From Terriglobia bacterium (lineage in GTDB: Bacteria; Acidobacteriota; Terriglobia; 2-12-FULL-54-10), in assembly GCA_963666975.2 (NCBI GenBank), contig CAXVYR010000004.1, positions 832,001 to 896,000 of the forward strand: a stretch of DNA of 64,000 bases, read 5' to 3'. The notes below the pieces were generated by a model that saw nothing but the letters and a program-made list of their open reading frames with translations, did no database searches and was not told where the DNA came from. A program made the position numbers and the translations under genes. Shown here one piece after another: positions 9,844-19,615 of this stretch. The stretch's first letter is position 1; every line of letters begins with the position of its first letter.

Positions 9844-11529
9844 GTGACCTGCCCGCATTGTCAGGCCGATCTGCCGGAGAAATCCCGGTTTTGCAATATG
9901 TGCGGCGGGAAGTTGGAGCCGAACGCCGGCAACGGCGCCGGGCAAACCTCCGCTGCCGTCTCCCCGGCTGTTCCTTCTCCTGCGGCCTCCAAAGCCTCCG
10001 AAGAAAATAAACCTGTGCGGCCTCCAACCCGTGAGGAGCGAGTCCAGGCCTGCCTGGAGAAAATTCTCAAGGATGCGGAGCTGCCCGCCTTTTCGCATCA
10101 CATTTCAAAAGTGATGGGTGTGATAGGAAACGAGGAGCTGTCGCTGCGGCATCTGAACAATATCATCCTGCGGGACTACAGCCTGTCGCTGGCCGTGCTG
10201 CGCCGGGCCAACTCGGCCTACTACAACCGCTCGAACCGGCAGATTTGCAGCGTGGCGCACGCCATCACCTTGCTGGGGATCGAAGCGGTTCGGAGCCTGG
10301 CAGCCACACTCATCTTGTTCGAGCACTACAACAAGCGGGCGGGTGGGCTGAAGGAATTGTTGCTGCTCTCTCTGCTGACGGCCAGCCACGCGCGCCAGGC
10401 GGCGGCCCAGATTCGGCTGCCGCGAGCCGAGGAAGCCTATTTGTGCGGGATGTTCCGGAACCTGGGAGAGGTGCTGGTGGCCACCCATCTTCGAAAACAA
10501 TACAGCCGCATCTTGAAGGAGCGGGAAAACAGTTCAGGAGAAGCCAAGGCCTGCCTGCAGGTGCTGGGGTTCACCTATGAAGACCTGGGGCAGGGCATGG
10601 CGAACCACTGGCATATGCCGAAGTCTGTGACCGAATCCATGGGATCGGCCGGGTCATCGTCGGCGCAACGGGCAGGGAAAGACGTCATGGAAACCCTGGT
10701 GGCTTTCAGCCACGAGCTGACCGATGTGATCTATCGCCGGAATCCCGGTAACCGGCAAGCCGCCGTCGCGCTCATTGTGGATAAATATGGTTCCAGCCTG
10801 CGGCTCGGTCCGGACGGCGTGCAAGCGCTGATTGCCACTGCGGTAAATGAGACGACGGAAACCTTCGCGGCGGCGAAGATTCCTCTCGACGGACTCCAGC
10901 TCCGCCGCCAGGCAGAGGCCGCGCTGCAGGGAGGGAGCTTGGAAACAGGAGCGCCGGAGCCGGAAGAGGAAGCGGCAACGCAAGTCGGCGGGGCGGAAGA
11001 GAACCTCCTGGACCGCCTGGCCGCAGAGGTGGATGCCGCTATACAGCCCGGCGCGTCCGTGCAAATGAACTCAATCCTCATGATGGTCCTGGAGGCTTAC
11101 CACCGCGGGGCCGGTTTTGATCGGGTGATATTTTTTCTTGCCGACAGCGACCGGACGCGGCTCCGGGGCAGGCTGGGGCTCGGTGAAGATATCGAGAGCA
11201 TGATCGACCGGCTGGAGATTCCCCTGGCGGGTCGCGGCGAGCCACTCACGGGTTTGCTGACCGGCAGGAAAGATACGTTTGCCGACATGCCGGGCAACCC
11301 CGCCTATAAAGATTCCAAAGTAATGGGAATCCTGCGGCCCAGGAGTTTCGGATTGTTTCCCGTGGTGGTGGATGGCGCCGTAGTGGGAGGTTTGTACTTC
11401 GACCGCTTGAAGCCGGAGTCTCCGCCCTCGCCCCGCGTTCTGAAGGTGCTCAAACGTTTGCGCGATCACATGGCCGAGACAATTCGGCGCACCAGAGCGC
11501 CTGCCGGGACGGCTACCGTTGCCGATTGA
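9844..11529 (+). CDS. Zinc ribbon + HDOD + GAF-like signalling protein
   Basis: CPHC..CNMC N-terminus; LRRANSAYY, AYLCGMFRNLGE, ANHWHMP HDOD motifs; C-terminal GAF-like region. Confidence 0.85.
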   Translation: MTCPHCQADLPEKSRFCNMCGGKLEPNAGNGAGQTSAAVSPAVPSPAASKASEENKPVRPPTREERVQACLEKILKDAELPAFSHHISKVMGVIGNEELSLRHLNNIILRDYSLSLAVLRRANSAYYNRSNRQICSVAHAITLLGIEAVRSLAATLILFEHYNKRAGGLKELLLLSLLTASHARQAAAQIRLPRAEEAYLCGMFRNLGEVLVATHLRKQYSRILKERENSSGEAKACLQVLGFTYEDLGQGMANHWHMPKSVTESMGSAGSSSAQRAGKDVMETLVAFSHELTDVIYRRNPGNRQAAVALIVDKYGSSLRLGPDGVQALIATAVNETTETFAAAKIPLDGLQLRRQAEAALQGGSLETGAPEPEEEAATQVGGAEENLLDRLAAEVDAAIQPGASVQMNSILMMVLEAYHRGAGFDRVIFFLADSDRTRLRGRLGLGEDIESMIDRLEIPLAGRGEPLTGLLTGRKDTFADMPGNPAYKDSKVMGILRPRSFGLFPVVVDGAVVGGLYFDRLKPESPPSPRVLKVLKRLRDHMAETIRRTRAPAGTATVAD

Positions 11530-11936
11530 TCTGAGTAGAGAAAAGTTACCCGCCCGGGGCGTTCGGCCTGGGTCAAAGCGGAAATTGAGTACAGAGTCTT
11601 GGAGGATTCGCAAAGTCCCTCGGACCGAAGTTTTGCAATGGAAGAAGCGCTGGATTCCACTCGCATGCGGAACTGCTCGGCCTGCTCTGTTTCGAGGTTT
11701 TGATCGATCCATTCCACAATGGAGGCAGCTTCCGACACGCTGCAAACTTTGCGCGAATAGCAGCAGGAGACACAGCCTGGTTGGCACAAAATCTTCAGGT
11801 CCTGGTTTTCGACGCTGGATTTGATGCTTGTCTCCGCCCGATCCCAAGCGGCATAGGCGCTCTTCGCCAGAGAAGCCCAGTCGTGGAGACGCTCCCCGCT
11901 GATCTCGGTTGTCCGATCCGCTTTCTTCGAACTCAT
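11530..11936 (-). pseudogene. YkgJ/CxxCxxCC family cysteine-cluster protein, probably truncated
   Basis: CQPGCVSCCY motif present, but the downstream CPFL/CxxYxxRP part is missing and the frame runs into the convergent gene. Confidence 0.55.
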
Positions 11937-12288
11937 CGTGTGTGATCCTCAGAACGCCAAAAGGAACCGCCAGTCATCCAGTTGTTCTTTTGCGGAAATA
12001 ATAGTCCTGGGAACAATGGCGCCACAAGCAAAAGAAGCCAAGTATCACTATAGTTACGAGACGATAGTTGCGAGATGATAACAACTAGATGCAGTTGCGC
12101 ATGTAGTTGCGCGATGGTGCCGAAGGAGACGGGAGAATCAAGCATGGAGGCCGGCGATCCCAGATTCCCTGCTGTTTCCTCGCCCCTATATTTGCTGGCA
12201 AGATTCCCCACTGCTTCTCGCTCATGCACAACAACGCTGCTGGAGAGGGAATATGATGTGAGCAGGCTCATCCCCACCGACGCCGGAT

Positions 12289-12318
12289 TTGACAGAAACG
12301 GAACCGGGTAAGTAGAAT
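12289..12318 (+). promoter_or_regulatory. Sigma70 promoter of tRNA-Phe
   Basis: TTGACA-N18-TAGAAT, 11 nt upstream of the tRNA. Confidence 0.8.
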
Positions 12319-12329
12319 CTTTGAGTCGT

Positions 12330-12405
12330 GGCCAGGTAGCTCAGTTGGTAGAGCGCAGCCCTGAAAAGGCTGGCGTCGGCGGTTCGATTCCGTCCCTGGC
12401 CACCA
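12330..12405 (+). tRNA. tRNA-Phe (GAA)
   Basis: GGCCAGG acceptor stem, AGCTCAGTTGGTAGAGC D arm, CAGCC-ctGAAaa-GGCTG anticodon arm, GGTTCGATTCC T arm, encoded CCA; 76 nt. Confidence 0.98.
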
Positions 12406-12462
12406 TGATTTCAAGCACTTAGCTTTCCCCTTCGACCGACTTTGCTTCCGTTTGCTTCCAAT

Positions 12463-13633
12463 TCAATGCACCATTTGTGACGGCTGGTTGAGCCGTGCGA
12501 CCACCCGCTGCTGCGATTCAGGCACGAATTGCTGGTAAATATCCAGCGTCGTACTCGCTCGCGAGTGCCGCATTTGAGCCTGAGCGTCCTTCACATCGGC
12601 ACCAGCCATCTTGAGCCAGGTCGCGTGCGAAGTTCGTAGGCATCGCCAGTTCACGAAATCCAGACCGAGCTTGCGGCCTGCTGGTTTAATAAACCGGGCA
12701 AGGATGTTGTTATCGCGCATCGGGCCACCCGACCTGACGGACTGAAACACGAGGTCGTGCGGACCATCCGACTTGAAGACTCTGTAGCGCCGCACCGCCC
12801 GACCAGCCCTTACATCAACTGTGAGCTGCTTGAGGCGGTGAAGCCGGTCAATTACGCAGCGGTTCACACCGATGGTTGCGTTTGAAGCGTCGCTCTTCGG
12901 TGCTCCCCAGTCTCCGCGACAGTACCGCTCATCGACCGTGATGGAATCGTCGTGGACATCCTCCCAGCGAAGAGCGATCAACTCGCTGACGCGCAGTCCC
13001 GTGTACACGGCGGTGTAGACCATCGTCGCGTATGACTCCGGAATTTCGGCCAACAGGCGATCAAGATCCGCGGGACTGACCACCGGCTTCCTGAAGCGTT
13101 TTCCGCGTTGCTCTGCCGGCAGCCGAACGCCCTCGACGGGGTTTTTGACAAGCAGCCCGTACTGAAGCGCCGAGCCGAGGATGGAAGACAAGACATCGCG
13201 GATCTTGTCCCTCGATTCGTGCGCGAGCTTCGAGGCCGCCAAGGATGAGATGTACTTCTGAATCGTGAGCGTCGTTAAATCCCGCAAACTAAAGATCACC
13301 GAACGCCGGCAGGAGGTGATTCGCGATCACTCCCTGGTAACGCTCTTGCGTGCTCTTTGCAAACAGCGGCATAACGACCGAGTTGTACGTGTTTTCCACG
13401 TAATGGTTAAAGTTTGTCGCGGATCCAATACTCTCAAGTCCCTGGTTTATTGGTCTCAACAATTCGGCCGCGATCTTCTTCACTTCACGTAGTGGCATCG
13501 AGGCAAGTGCCAGTTTCGCCCACGCCTTCTTCCGCTTGGGCACCCCGGTACTGAAGTCCTCGCGCCAATATTGTAGAATCCACCAGTTCCCACGCCTTTT
13601 GGGCTTCGGGTCCTGGAATCTCCGGCGTGACAT
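12463..13633 (-). pseudogene. Tyrosine integrase with a single-base frameshift near 13292
   Basis: Starts MSRRRFQDPKP with AAAGGAG SD; TGLRVSE, LRTSHAT, MRHSRASTTLDIY catalytic motifs; removing one T from GATCTTTAGT restores ...FGDLSLRDL. Confidence 0.88.
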
Positions 13634-13808
13634 CCGCTCGAAATCTCCTTTCGGCGGAACGCCGGTGCTTGCCTCGGGCAGAATATTACCATGCTTTGAA
13701 TCCTTCGCTCTGGCAGCAATGGCGATTGCTGATTTGTAATTCAGCTCCGGCAGCGAGAAAACCTGAGTGGGGATTCGGTTCAGCAAGGTCGCTGCTAGAG
13801 GTACTGCT

Positions 13809-14009
13809 TCAGCAACGTTCACACCCCAAGGATTGTGGATGTAATTTACTATCCCATTTTCGTACACTTGTGCAGGAGCGACAGCGACCAGGGCCGCGGA
13901 ATGCACGAACACGTTTTGGATCTCGCCCGCTACTAAAACAGGCATAGACGATACTGTTGTCACCTAAACTCACCTCATCGTGAATGAGTGAATTCGCCGG
14001 GCCCTTCAC
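13809..14009 (-). CDS. Possible small Cys-rich protein (CRSC...CERC)
   Basis: AAGGAGG immediately upstream of GTG (spacing unusually short); two CxxC pairs. Confidence 0.3.
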   Translation of the reverse strand: MKGPANSLIHDEVSLGDNSIVYACFSSGRDPKRVRAFRGPGRCRSCTSVRKWDSKLHPQSLGCERC

Positions 14010-14222
14010 GCCTCCTTGGGGATGGCGTATCTTCGGGGAACCCTAGGGTTCGTCCAGCTCCAGTAACCCGCGATGAAAAGCCGTTGCGGGTGGGGTCTCT
14101 ACCCTTTCCTTAGCAACCCGGCCGTGGTTGATGGCCGGTGCCACCTCGGACAATACCGCCGGTCTGGCAACAGGCGGTTCGTTTCTTGCTTCAGAAAGAT
14201 CTAATATCGTTCAAGCAGGCCG

Positions 14223-14507
14223 CTAGGCCAGGACAAGGCCCAGTATGTCATCCAGCTCAGCCTCTTTCATAGATCGCATGGTCTCTAGGAGGTTTTTCAA
14301 AGCTGCCCATCTTTCGGCACCTGATCTGGTTGAATCGCTGGCAAGCCTCCAGAGGACCTGGGCGGGACTTCTCTTCTTGAAGGGTCCAAGCTTCGGCCAC
14401 TTGTAGGCTTGAAACATCCCGATGAGATTCAATTGATCCTCCGCAGGCAAGTCCCTACTTTTTAGAATCTCGATTGCCATTCTTGGTGCTTGTTTGTACT
14501 GCATCAT
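14223..14507 (-). CDS. Hypothetical protein of the integrated element
   Basis: 94 aa ORF with strong GAAAGGAG SD; no recognised motif. Confidence 0.6.
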   Translation of the reverse strand: MMQYKQAPRMAIEILKSRDLPAEDQLNLIGMFQAYKWPKLGPFKKRSPAQVLWRLASDSTRSGAERWAALKNLLETMRSMKEAELDDILGLVLA

Positions 14508-15676
14508 TCTCCTTTCCTCTTTAATAATTCAGATTCTGAACAAGTTGCCTCAAGACCGTTACACTACGTGGTGCTCTGCGCCCCAAAGGGGGGAGGGCCG
14601 GGGGGCTCGACACAGTATGGCGCATACTCAAAACGGCCTTTAGGATCCCCTTGGACCAGATCCGTCACGGCCGGTGCCGCATTGTTCGTCTCGGGTGAAT
14701 TTAATTTCCAGCTCCTCCCTGCTAGGTTAGATCTGCCTATTTGCTTCAGCAAGGAACCCATGCGATTGGCCAACAGCCGACCGAAATCAAGAAAATCCAT
14801 AATTGCGGAAATAAATAAATACGGCAGCTTAACGACACTCTGACGTACCTAAAGCGACACTCTGAATTAACTAAATGCGCCGGCTGGGACGCGATTCGGA
14901 CAATCATTGCATAATCAACTGATTTGGGAACGAGCTTCTCTCCTAAGAATCATGCTGATTACGCAGGACTTGTTTTACTCCGGTACACAGGATTTTTGAA
15001 ACGGCCGCTTTCTGAAAATCCCTAAAAAAACTGCTGTGAAAAAGTTTCGTCGAGAACGAACGCATATGGGCTAGGTACTCCCTCCGCAAGTAGCGGCGGA
15101 GACGAGCGCGCACTCCACACATGTGTTATGCCTGAGCGTATCTGATTTCCCTGCCTTGGAACTTTCAATTGTCGAACCACCTCCGCGAGTGATGTTGAAG
15201 ACCGGGCTCTTGCCTGTCCGGATTCCGGATTTTTTTGGTTAACGCATTTCACTGAAAACAGCGTTTCGCAGTTCGCAGCACACTTACACATGGGGGGACA
15301 TACCCGATTGCGATTCGCAAAAACCATCCCGTTTTAAGACCAACAGATATACCAACTGTGTCTGTTTTCAACTAGTTACCTTTATGAGAATGTTATTGCG
15401 AATTGCGAATCCTCCATCGACTGTAAAGGCTGACTTTCCGAAAACAGGCATTCTTTTGCGAACTTTGCCAGACGCGAGAAGCGATGCCTATTATCGGAGT
15501 AGGAAACGCTCGACTCCCTTCGGATCCTTCTTCGACTGAATGTGCTTGTGCAGGAGAGCGTCCAGATCATCCTTGATGGCAGCCGCTTTTCGATGGCTTT
15601 GGAAACACTCCTTGCTGATCTCCGTTTTCGTTTTTGGACCATTGGCGAGGAAATTAACAATTCGCCGCTGCTCGGC

Positions 15677-16033
15677 CGTTAATCCGCCAAAGATGAGCCT
15701 GGCGCTGTCCTCAGCATATTTCCAGAACGCCACGGCGGCCTTGAGGTCTCCTCGGCAATCACCGTGCGAATCCGTGTATAGAACGAAGCGGCCGTGTTCC
15801 GATGAACCCCGACAAGCTCAGCCGCCGCCCGTGCCGTCGTCCCGGCAACGAAGTGCTCCACCAACCGATCCCGCTTCGCCTTGCTCAGCCGACTACGCCG
15901 TTCGTACATATCGCCATCCTATCCCTAAGCAATCTGCTTAGCTAGGACAGCCCCATTAACAACGTTAATCCGCCAAAGATGAGCCTGGCGCTGTCCTCAG
16001 CATATTTCCAGAACGCCACGGCGGCCTTGAGGT
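15677..16033. repeat. 71-bp exact direct repeat (15677-15747 and 15963-16033) flanking the IS1595 fragment
   Basis: cgttaatccgccaaagatgagcc...gcggccttgaggt occurs twice. Confidence 0.92.
15748..15954 (-). mobile_element. IS1595 family (IS1016-like) left-end fragment
   Basis: End GGGGCTGTCCTAG; ORF from 15909 reads MYERRSRLSKAKRDRLVEHFVAGTTARAAAELVGVHRNTAASFY. Confidence 0.85.
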
Positions 16034-17064
16034 GCTCGCTTCGGATGTTGTCTGACGAATCGAGCAATGCGTACAGGAGAGCGAGACGCGCCAACGTAGC
16101 GCCCCCCTTCCGCTCGCGATACCACATCCTGCGAGCGTTATCATCCATATAAACTCGGCCTTGCTTTCGAGCAAAGTCTACGGCGGATTTCAAGCCTATA
16201 ACCTCCGAGGTCCAATCAAGAGCTTTACCACCGAATGGTTTCGGGCCGCACCGTTCAACATGCAGCCACAGAAATCGGTTAGCGAAGCCGTTGGACCGTT
16301 CGGCTTGTGCTAACGCCGAGTGCAGCTCGTCTCGCGTGATGTCCCCAAGAATCGAAATGTGTGCATTGCTGGCTTTGGCAGGTGAGTTTTTAGTGGCTAC
16401 CTGTAAGATTCTGCCGTCCCAGGCGTTCCGTATCACCGCTGAGAGTATATTGCCTTCCCGCTTCATGACCGCGAGCGCACTCGCGAATTCGCCTTCATAG
16501 ACAAACAGCCGTTTATCCGAAACTCCCGGGACTTCAGTATCACCCTCGTCGTTCGAGTTTGTATCGCGTACTTTCCAGATGACGCCTTCGCCAGAAGATA
16601 GTCCGGAAATTATGCGATTTGCCTTCCAAGCAGGATCGACTTTGTCAAACACTGCGTCGATTCAGGCCGCGGCCGTGCCCTTGCGGGATTTTGCAGTGTC
16701 GCCCACTTTTACTGCGAAGATGTTTCCATAATGCCGTGTGTCCTCCACCTGGAAGTAGGCCGTCCGGCCGATGATATTCCCGAAACTCATGAGTATCTCG
16801 GCCAGTAGTGCGGCGGGATGTGCTTCTGTTTCCGGCTTCAGCTTCTTGACGATTTCACCTGCTAGTCCATAGAGGGCCATATGTTCTGTAGCCTCCCGGA
16901 TACCGGCCCGCCGGGATGAGAGTTCAGAGCAAGAGGGTTTGTAACAAAAAGGTGTGGAGCAAGCAGCATCCCTTCCAGCCGAAAATTCTCCCGGAAGTAT
17001 GCCGCGCGGGGCGCTTCGAGGACTATAATTATTTTTGAACCTAAACCGAAACGCGGTGATTGCC

Positions 17065-17679
17065 ATGCGAATAATCGTTAGCTTCCTGATCCTGTTTCTG
17101 CTTTCCTCCGCTCCAGCAGGAGCGCAGACGGCTCCGGGCGGTGAAAACGGGGCGTGCATGGGCGGCAAGCCCGGCGCTCCCATTCGGATCGAGGTATTTT
17201 CCGACTACCAGTGTCCCGCTTGCCGCCAGTTCTACATGGAAACGATGCGTCCGGTGCTGGACAACTACGCCAGCGCCGACAAGGTCTGCGTGGTCTACCG
17301 GGAGTTTCCACTGACCATGCACGCACATGCCCGCGAGGCGGCGCACTACGCTCACGCCGCCCAGCTGTTGGGGATGCGCTACTGGCGGCTGGTCACCGAC
17401 GCCCTGTACCAATCCCAGCCCCAGTGGTCCGCAAACGGCCAGTTGGAGCCCGTGGTCGCTGGCGTCTTGTCGGAGGAAGACATGGGCCGGTTGCGGAAAT
17501 GGATGGAAGACCCCGCCGTGGAAGCGGCCATCTCAAGAGACATCGCGCTGGCCCGCGAACGGAACGTCACCGCAACGCCCACCTTCTTCGTCACCGCCCA
17601 GGGCAAGACCGAAAAAGTGGCTGGGGTCGTTCAATACTTTGTCCTGCAACGCTACCTGGACCATTTGCTGGGGCAATGA
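17065..17679 (+). CDS. DsbA family thiol-disulfide oxidoreductase
   Basis: Signal peptide, FSDYQCPAC, REFPL, TPTF. Confidence 0.92.
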   Translation: MRIIVSFLILFLLSSAPAGAQTAPGGENGACMGGKPGAPIRIEVFSDYQCPACRQFYMETMRPVLDNYASADKVCVVYREFPLTMHAHAREAAHYAHAAQLLGMRYWRLVTDALYQSQPQWSANGQLEPVVAGVLSEEDMGRLRKWMEDPAVEAAISRDIALARERNVTATPTFFVTAQGKTEKVAGVVQYFVLQRYLDHLLGQ

Positions 17680-17682
17680 GCC

Positions 17683-18108
17683 GTGCTGTTACGTGTCCTG
17701 GAATGGATCTGCCGGTTGCTGCTGGGGGCTTTGTTCGTCATCGCCGGCTACACCAAGCTGGGAAGCCCTTTCCTGTTTGAAATGGCCGTGGACACTTATC
17801 AGTTGCTCCCGCCAGTGGGAGTGATTGTCGTGGCCCGTTCTCTGCCGTGGTTGGAGATAGTCCTCGGCATGCTGTTGTTGCGGGGCTGGAAACTAAAATA
17901 TGTAGCGACCTTCACTGCCCTATTGCTGGGAACCTTTCTCCTGGCGATGAGCATCACCTATGCCAGGGGCATCGAGGCGAATTGCGGCTGTTTCGGCTTC
18001 GGCGAACCGATCAGCCCCCGGACGCTGGCACGAGACTCGTTTCTATTCGTATTCGCCGTGTTCCTCGCCATTTATGCATGGCGCAAAAATAAAGCCACGG
18101 CCCCCTAA
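17683..18108 (+). CDS. MauE/DoxX family redox-associated membrane protein
   Basis: LPWLEIVLG, RGIEANCGCFG, TLARD motifs. Confidence 0.9.
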   Translation: MLLRVLEWICRLLLGALFVIAGYTKLGSPFLFEMAVDTYQLLPPVGVIVVARSLPWLEIVLGMLLLRGWKLKYVATFTALLLGTFLLAMSITYARGIEANCGCFGFGEPISPRTLARDSFLFVFAVFLAIYAWRKNKATAP

Positions 18109-18119
18109 AAATCTCCCGC

Positions 18120-18308
18120 CGGCTGATTGCCGGGGCCTTTGTGCTGGCGAGCATGGCGCTGGGATGGTGGGTGAGTCCGTACTGGCTGCTGTTCACCGCT
18201 TTTGCAGGACTGAACTTGTTCCAGTTCGTGTTTACCAACTGGTCTCCGATGATGGCCTTGCTGAACAAATGCGGTCTTCGAAACGTGAGACTCAGCAGCT
18301 CTTCATAA
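18120..18308 (+). pseudogene. DUF2892 membrane protein lacking its start
   Basis: RLIAGAFVLASMALGWWVSPYWLLFTAFAGLNLFQFVFTNWSPMM; no in-frame start for the N-terminus (stop at 18090); conserved WCP reads WSP. Confidence 0.7.
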
Positions 18309-18382
18309 GAAAAAAGCAACCCCGCAACTTGGCAGTGTTTGCGCCCTCCCCGCTTTCAGAGCGAAACACGCGCATATCCCGC

Positions 18383-18658
18383 TTATCGAGACGGTTTTCG
18401 CCTCTCCAGCCTGTCCAGGTTCCGAAAGGCCACGCGAATATCCGTGAGCACGTAGAGTTCGATCCCTGTTTTCGCGAACTGCTCTACTTTCTTGGCATCC
18501 ATAAAAAGTTGCTCTCGATGACGGTCTTTTTCCAGGATGATGGTGTAGGAACGGTGTCCTGGGGTGGGCGGAAAGACGCGGCAGTTCACATCCCGGTTGC
18601 CCCGATAGATCAGCAATTTCTGGATTAGCTGGGTCAGACTGGTACTGGCGTCAACCAT
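18383..18658 (-). CDS. Hypothetical protein (91 aa)
   Basis: ATG at 18658 with AGGA SD; protein-like composition. Confidence 0.55.
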   Translation of the reverse strand: MVDASTSLTQLIQKLLIYRGNRDVNCRVFPPTPGHRSYTIILEKDRHREQLFMDAKKVEQFAKTGIELYVLTDIRVAFRNLDRLERRKPSR

Positions 18659-18850
18659 ACAAACAGGCGTCCTGGAGAAGCCGCAAGATGTAGCCACATT
18701 ATCACGGACCTCCTGTGGAAAGCAAACCCTCTGAAACCAGCCCTGAATCTGGTTAGGCCTCCGGGGAAAGAAAACCCGCATGAGGCCGTTGTTTTCTGCT
18801 GCACGGACACGCATCCCGCTGCCCGCCCCGTCCCACCCCTCAAAAAACCT

Positions 18851-18879
18851 TTGACTGACTGATATGATTCTGTTAAGTT
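18851..18879 (+). promoter_or_regulatory. Sigma70 promoter of the polyamine operon
   Basis: TTGACT-N17-TAAGTT with extended TG. Confidence 0.55.
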
Positions 18880-18994
18880 TGCGCGCTGACTCTTTCAAGG
18901 GGAAGTATCTTTCACCCGGACAACCCAATGATTGGGAAGGGCCTCCCCGCCGGGGGGGTATGGATGGGAACGGGCGGAATGTTCAGGAAGACAA

Positions 18995-19540
18995 ATGTTC
19001 TTGGCGAAACAGATTTTTCTCACCAAGGGTGCCGGCAAGCACCGGGAACGGCTCTCCAGCTTTGAGTTGGCCCTGCGGTCGGCTGGAATCGCAGCCTGTA
19101 ATCTCGTTAAAGTGTCCAGTATTTTCCCTCCGAGGTGCAAGCTGATTGGCCGGCCCGCTGGATTAAAAAAGCTGTCCCCGGGAGAGGTGGTCTTCGCGGT
19201 TTTGAGCGAAAATGCGACGCGGGAGCCGCACCGGTTGATTGCCGCCAGCCTGGGCCTGGCTCTGCCCACGGACAAAAATGCCTATGGCTATCTTTCCGAG
19301 CATCACTCTTTCGGCCAAACCGATGAAGATGCGGGCGAGTATGCCGAGGAGTTGGCGGCCGAGATGCTCGCAACCACCTTGAATGTGGCGTTTGATCCAG
19401 ACCGAAGCTGGGATGAAAAGAAAGAAATCTACCGGATATCCAACAAGATCGTCCGCACAACAAACGTCACCCAGTCTGCGGTAGGGGACAAGCGCAGCAA
19501 ATGGACCACTGTGATCACCGCCGCCATCTTTTTGACTTGA
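18995..19540 (+). CDS. pdaD: Pyruvoyl-dependent arginine decarboxylase
   Basis: SFELALRSAGIAACNLVKVSSIFPP (Ser-Ser cleavage site), GYLSEHHSFG. Confidence 0.93.
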   Translation: MFLAKQIFLTKGAGKHRERLSSFELALRSAGIAACNLVKVSSIFPPRCKLIGRPAGLKKLSPGEVVFAVLSENATREPHRLIAASLGLALPTDKNAYGYLSEHHSFGQTDEDAGEYAEELAAEMLATTLNVAFDPDRSWDEKKEIYRISNKIVRTTNVTQSAVGDKRSKWTTVITAAIFLT

Positions 19541-19615
19541 ACCTGCAACTTAAACCCGTGACTTGAAGCAAAGAAATTCGCCACATCGATTTGCCTGGGA
19601 GGACAGAAGCTTCCG

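Larger units (their letters stand above)
15491..16880 (-). pseudogene. DUF3987/YfjI-like replication helicase-type protein, disrupted
   Basis: Walker-A-like GDTAKSRKGT, SGLSSGEG, NGFANRFLW; in-frame TGA at 16662-16664; IS fragment insertion; wHTH-like C-terminus at 15491-15733. Confidence 0.78.
12406..16890 (-). mobile_element. Degraded integrative element (phage-satellite-like) at the tRNA-Phe 3' end
   Basis: Integrase converging on the tRNA; arm-type direct repeats TTTGCTTCC x2 (12441-12459); small ORFs; DUF3987 gene; distal att not found. Confidence 0.8.

Noticed and set aside
13285-13300. Programmed frameshift in the integrase
   Set aside because: No convincing slippery heptamer; a 1-nt insertion or sequencing error is more parsimonious
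14578-14610. G-run GGGGGGAGGGCCGGGGGG as a phage cos site
   Set aside because: No terminase or HNH gene nearby; resemblance only
16662-16664. In-frame TGA in the DUF3987 gene as selenocysteine
   Set aside because: Not a Cys/redox position, and the gene has other lesions; a nonsense mutation is simpler
16880-17040. attR copy of the tRNA-Phe 3' end
   Set aside because: No repeat of TCCCTGGCCACCA found by eye; distal end probably deleted
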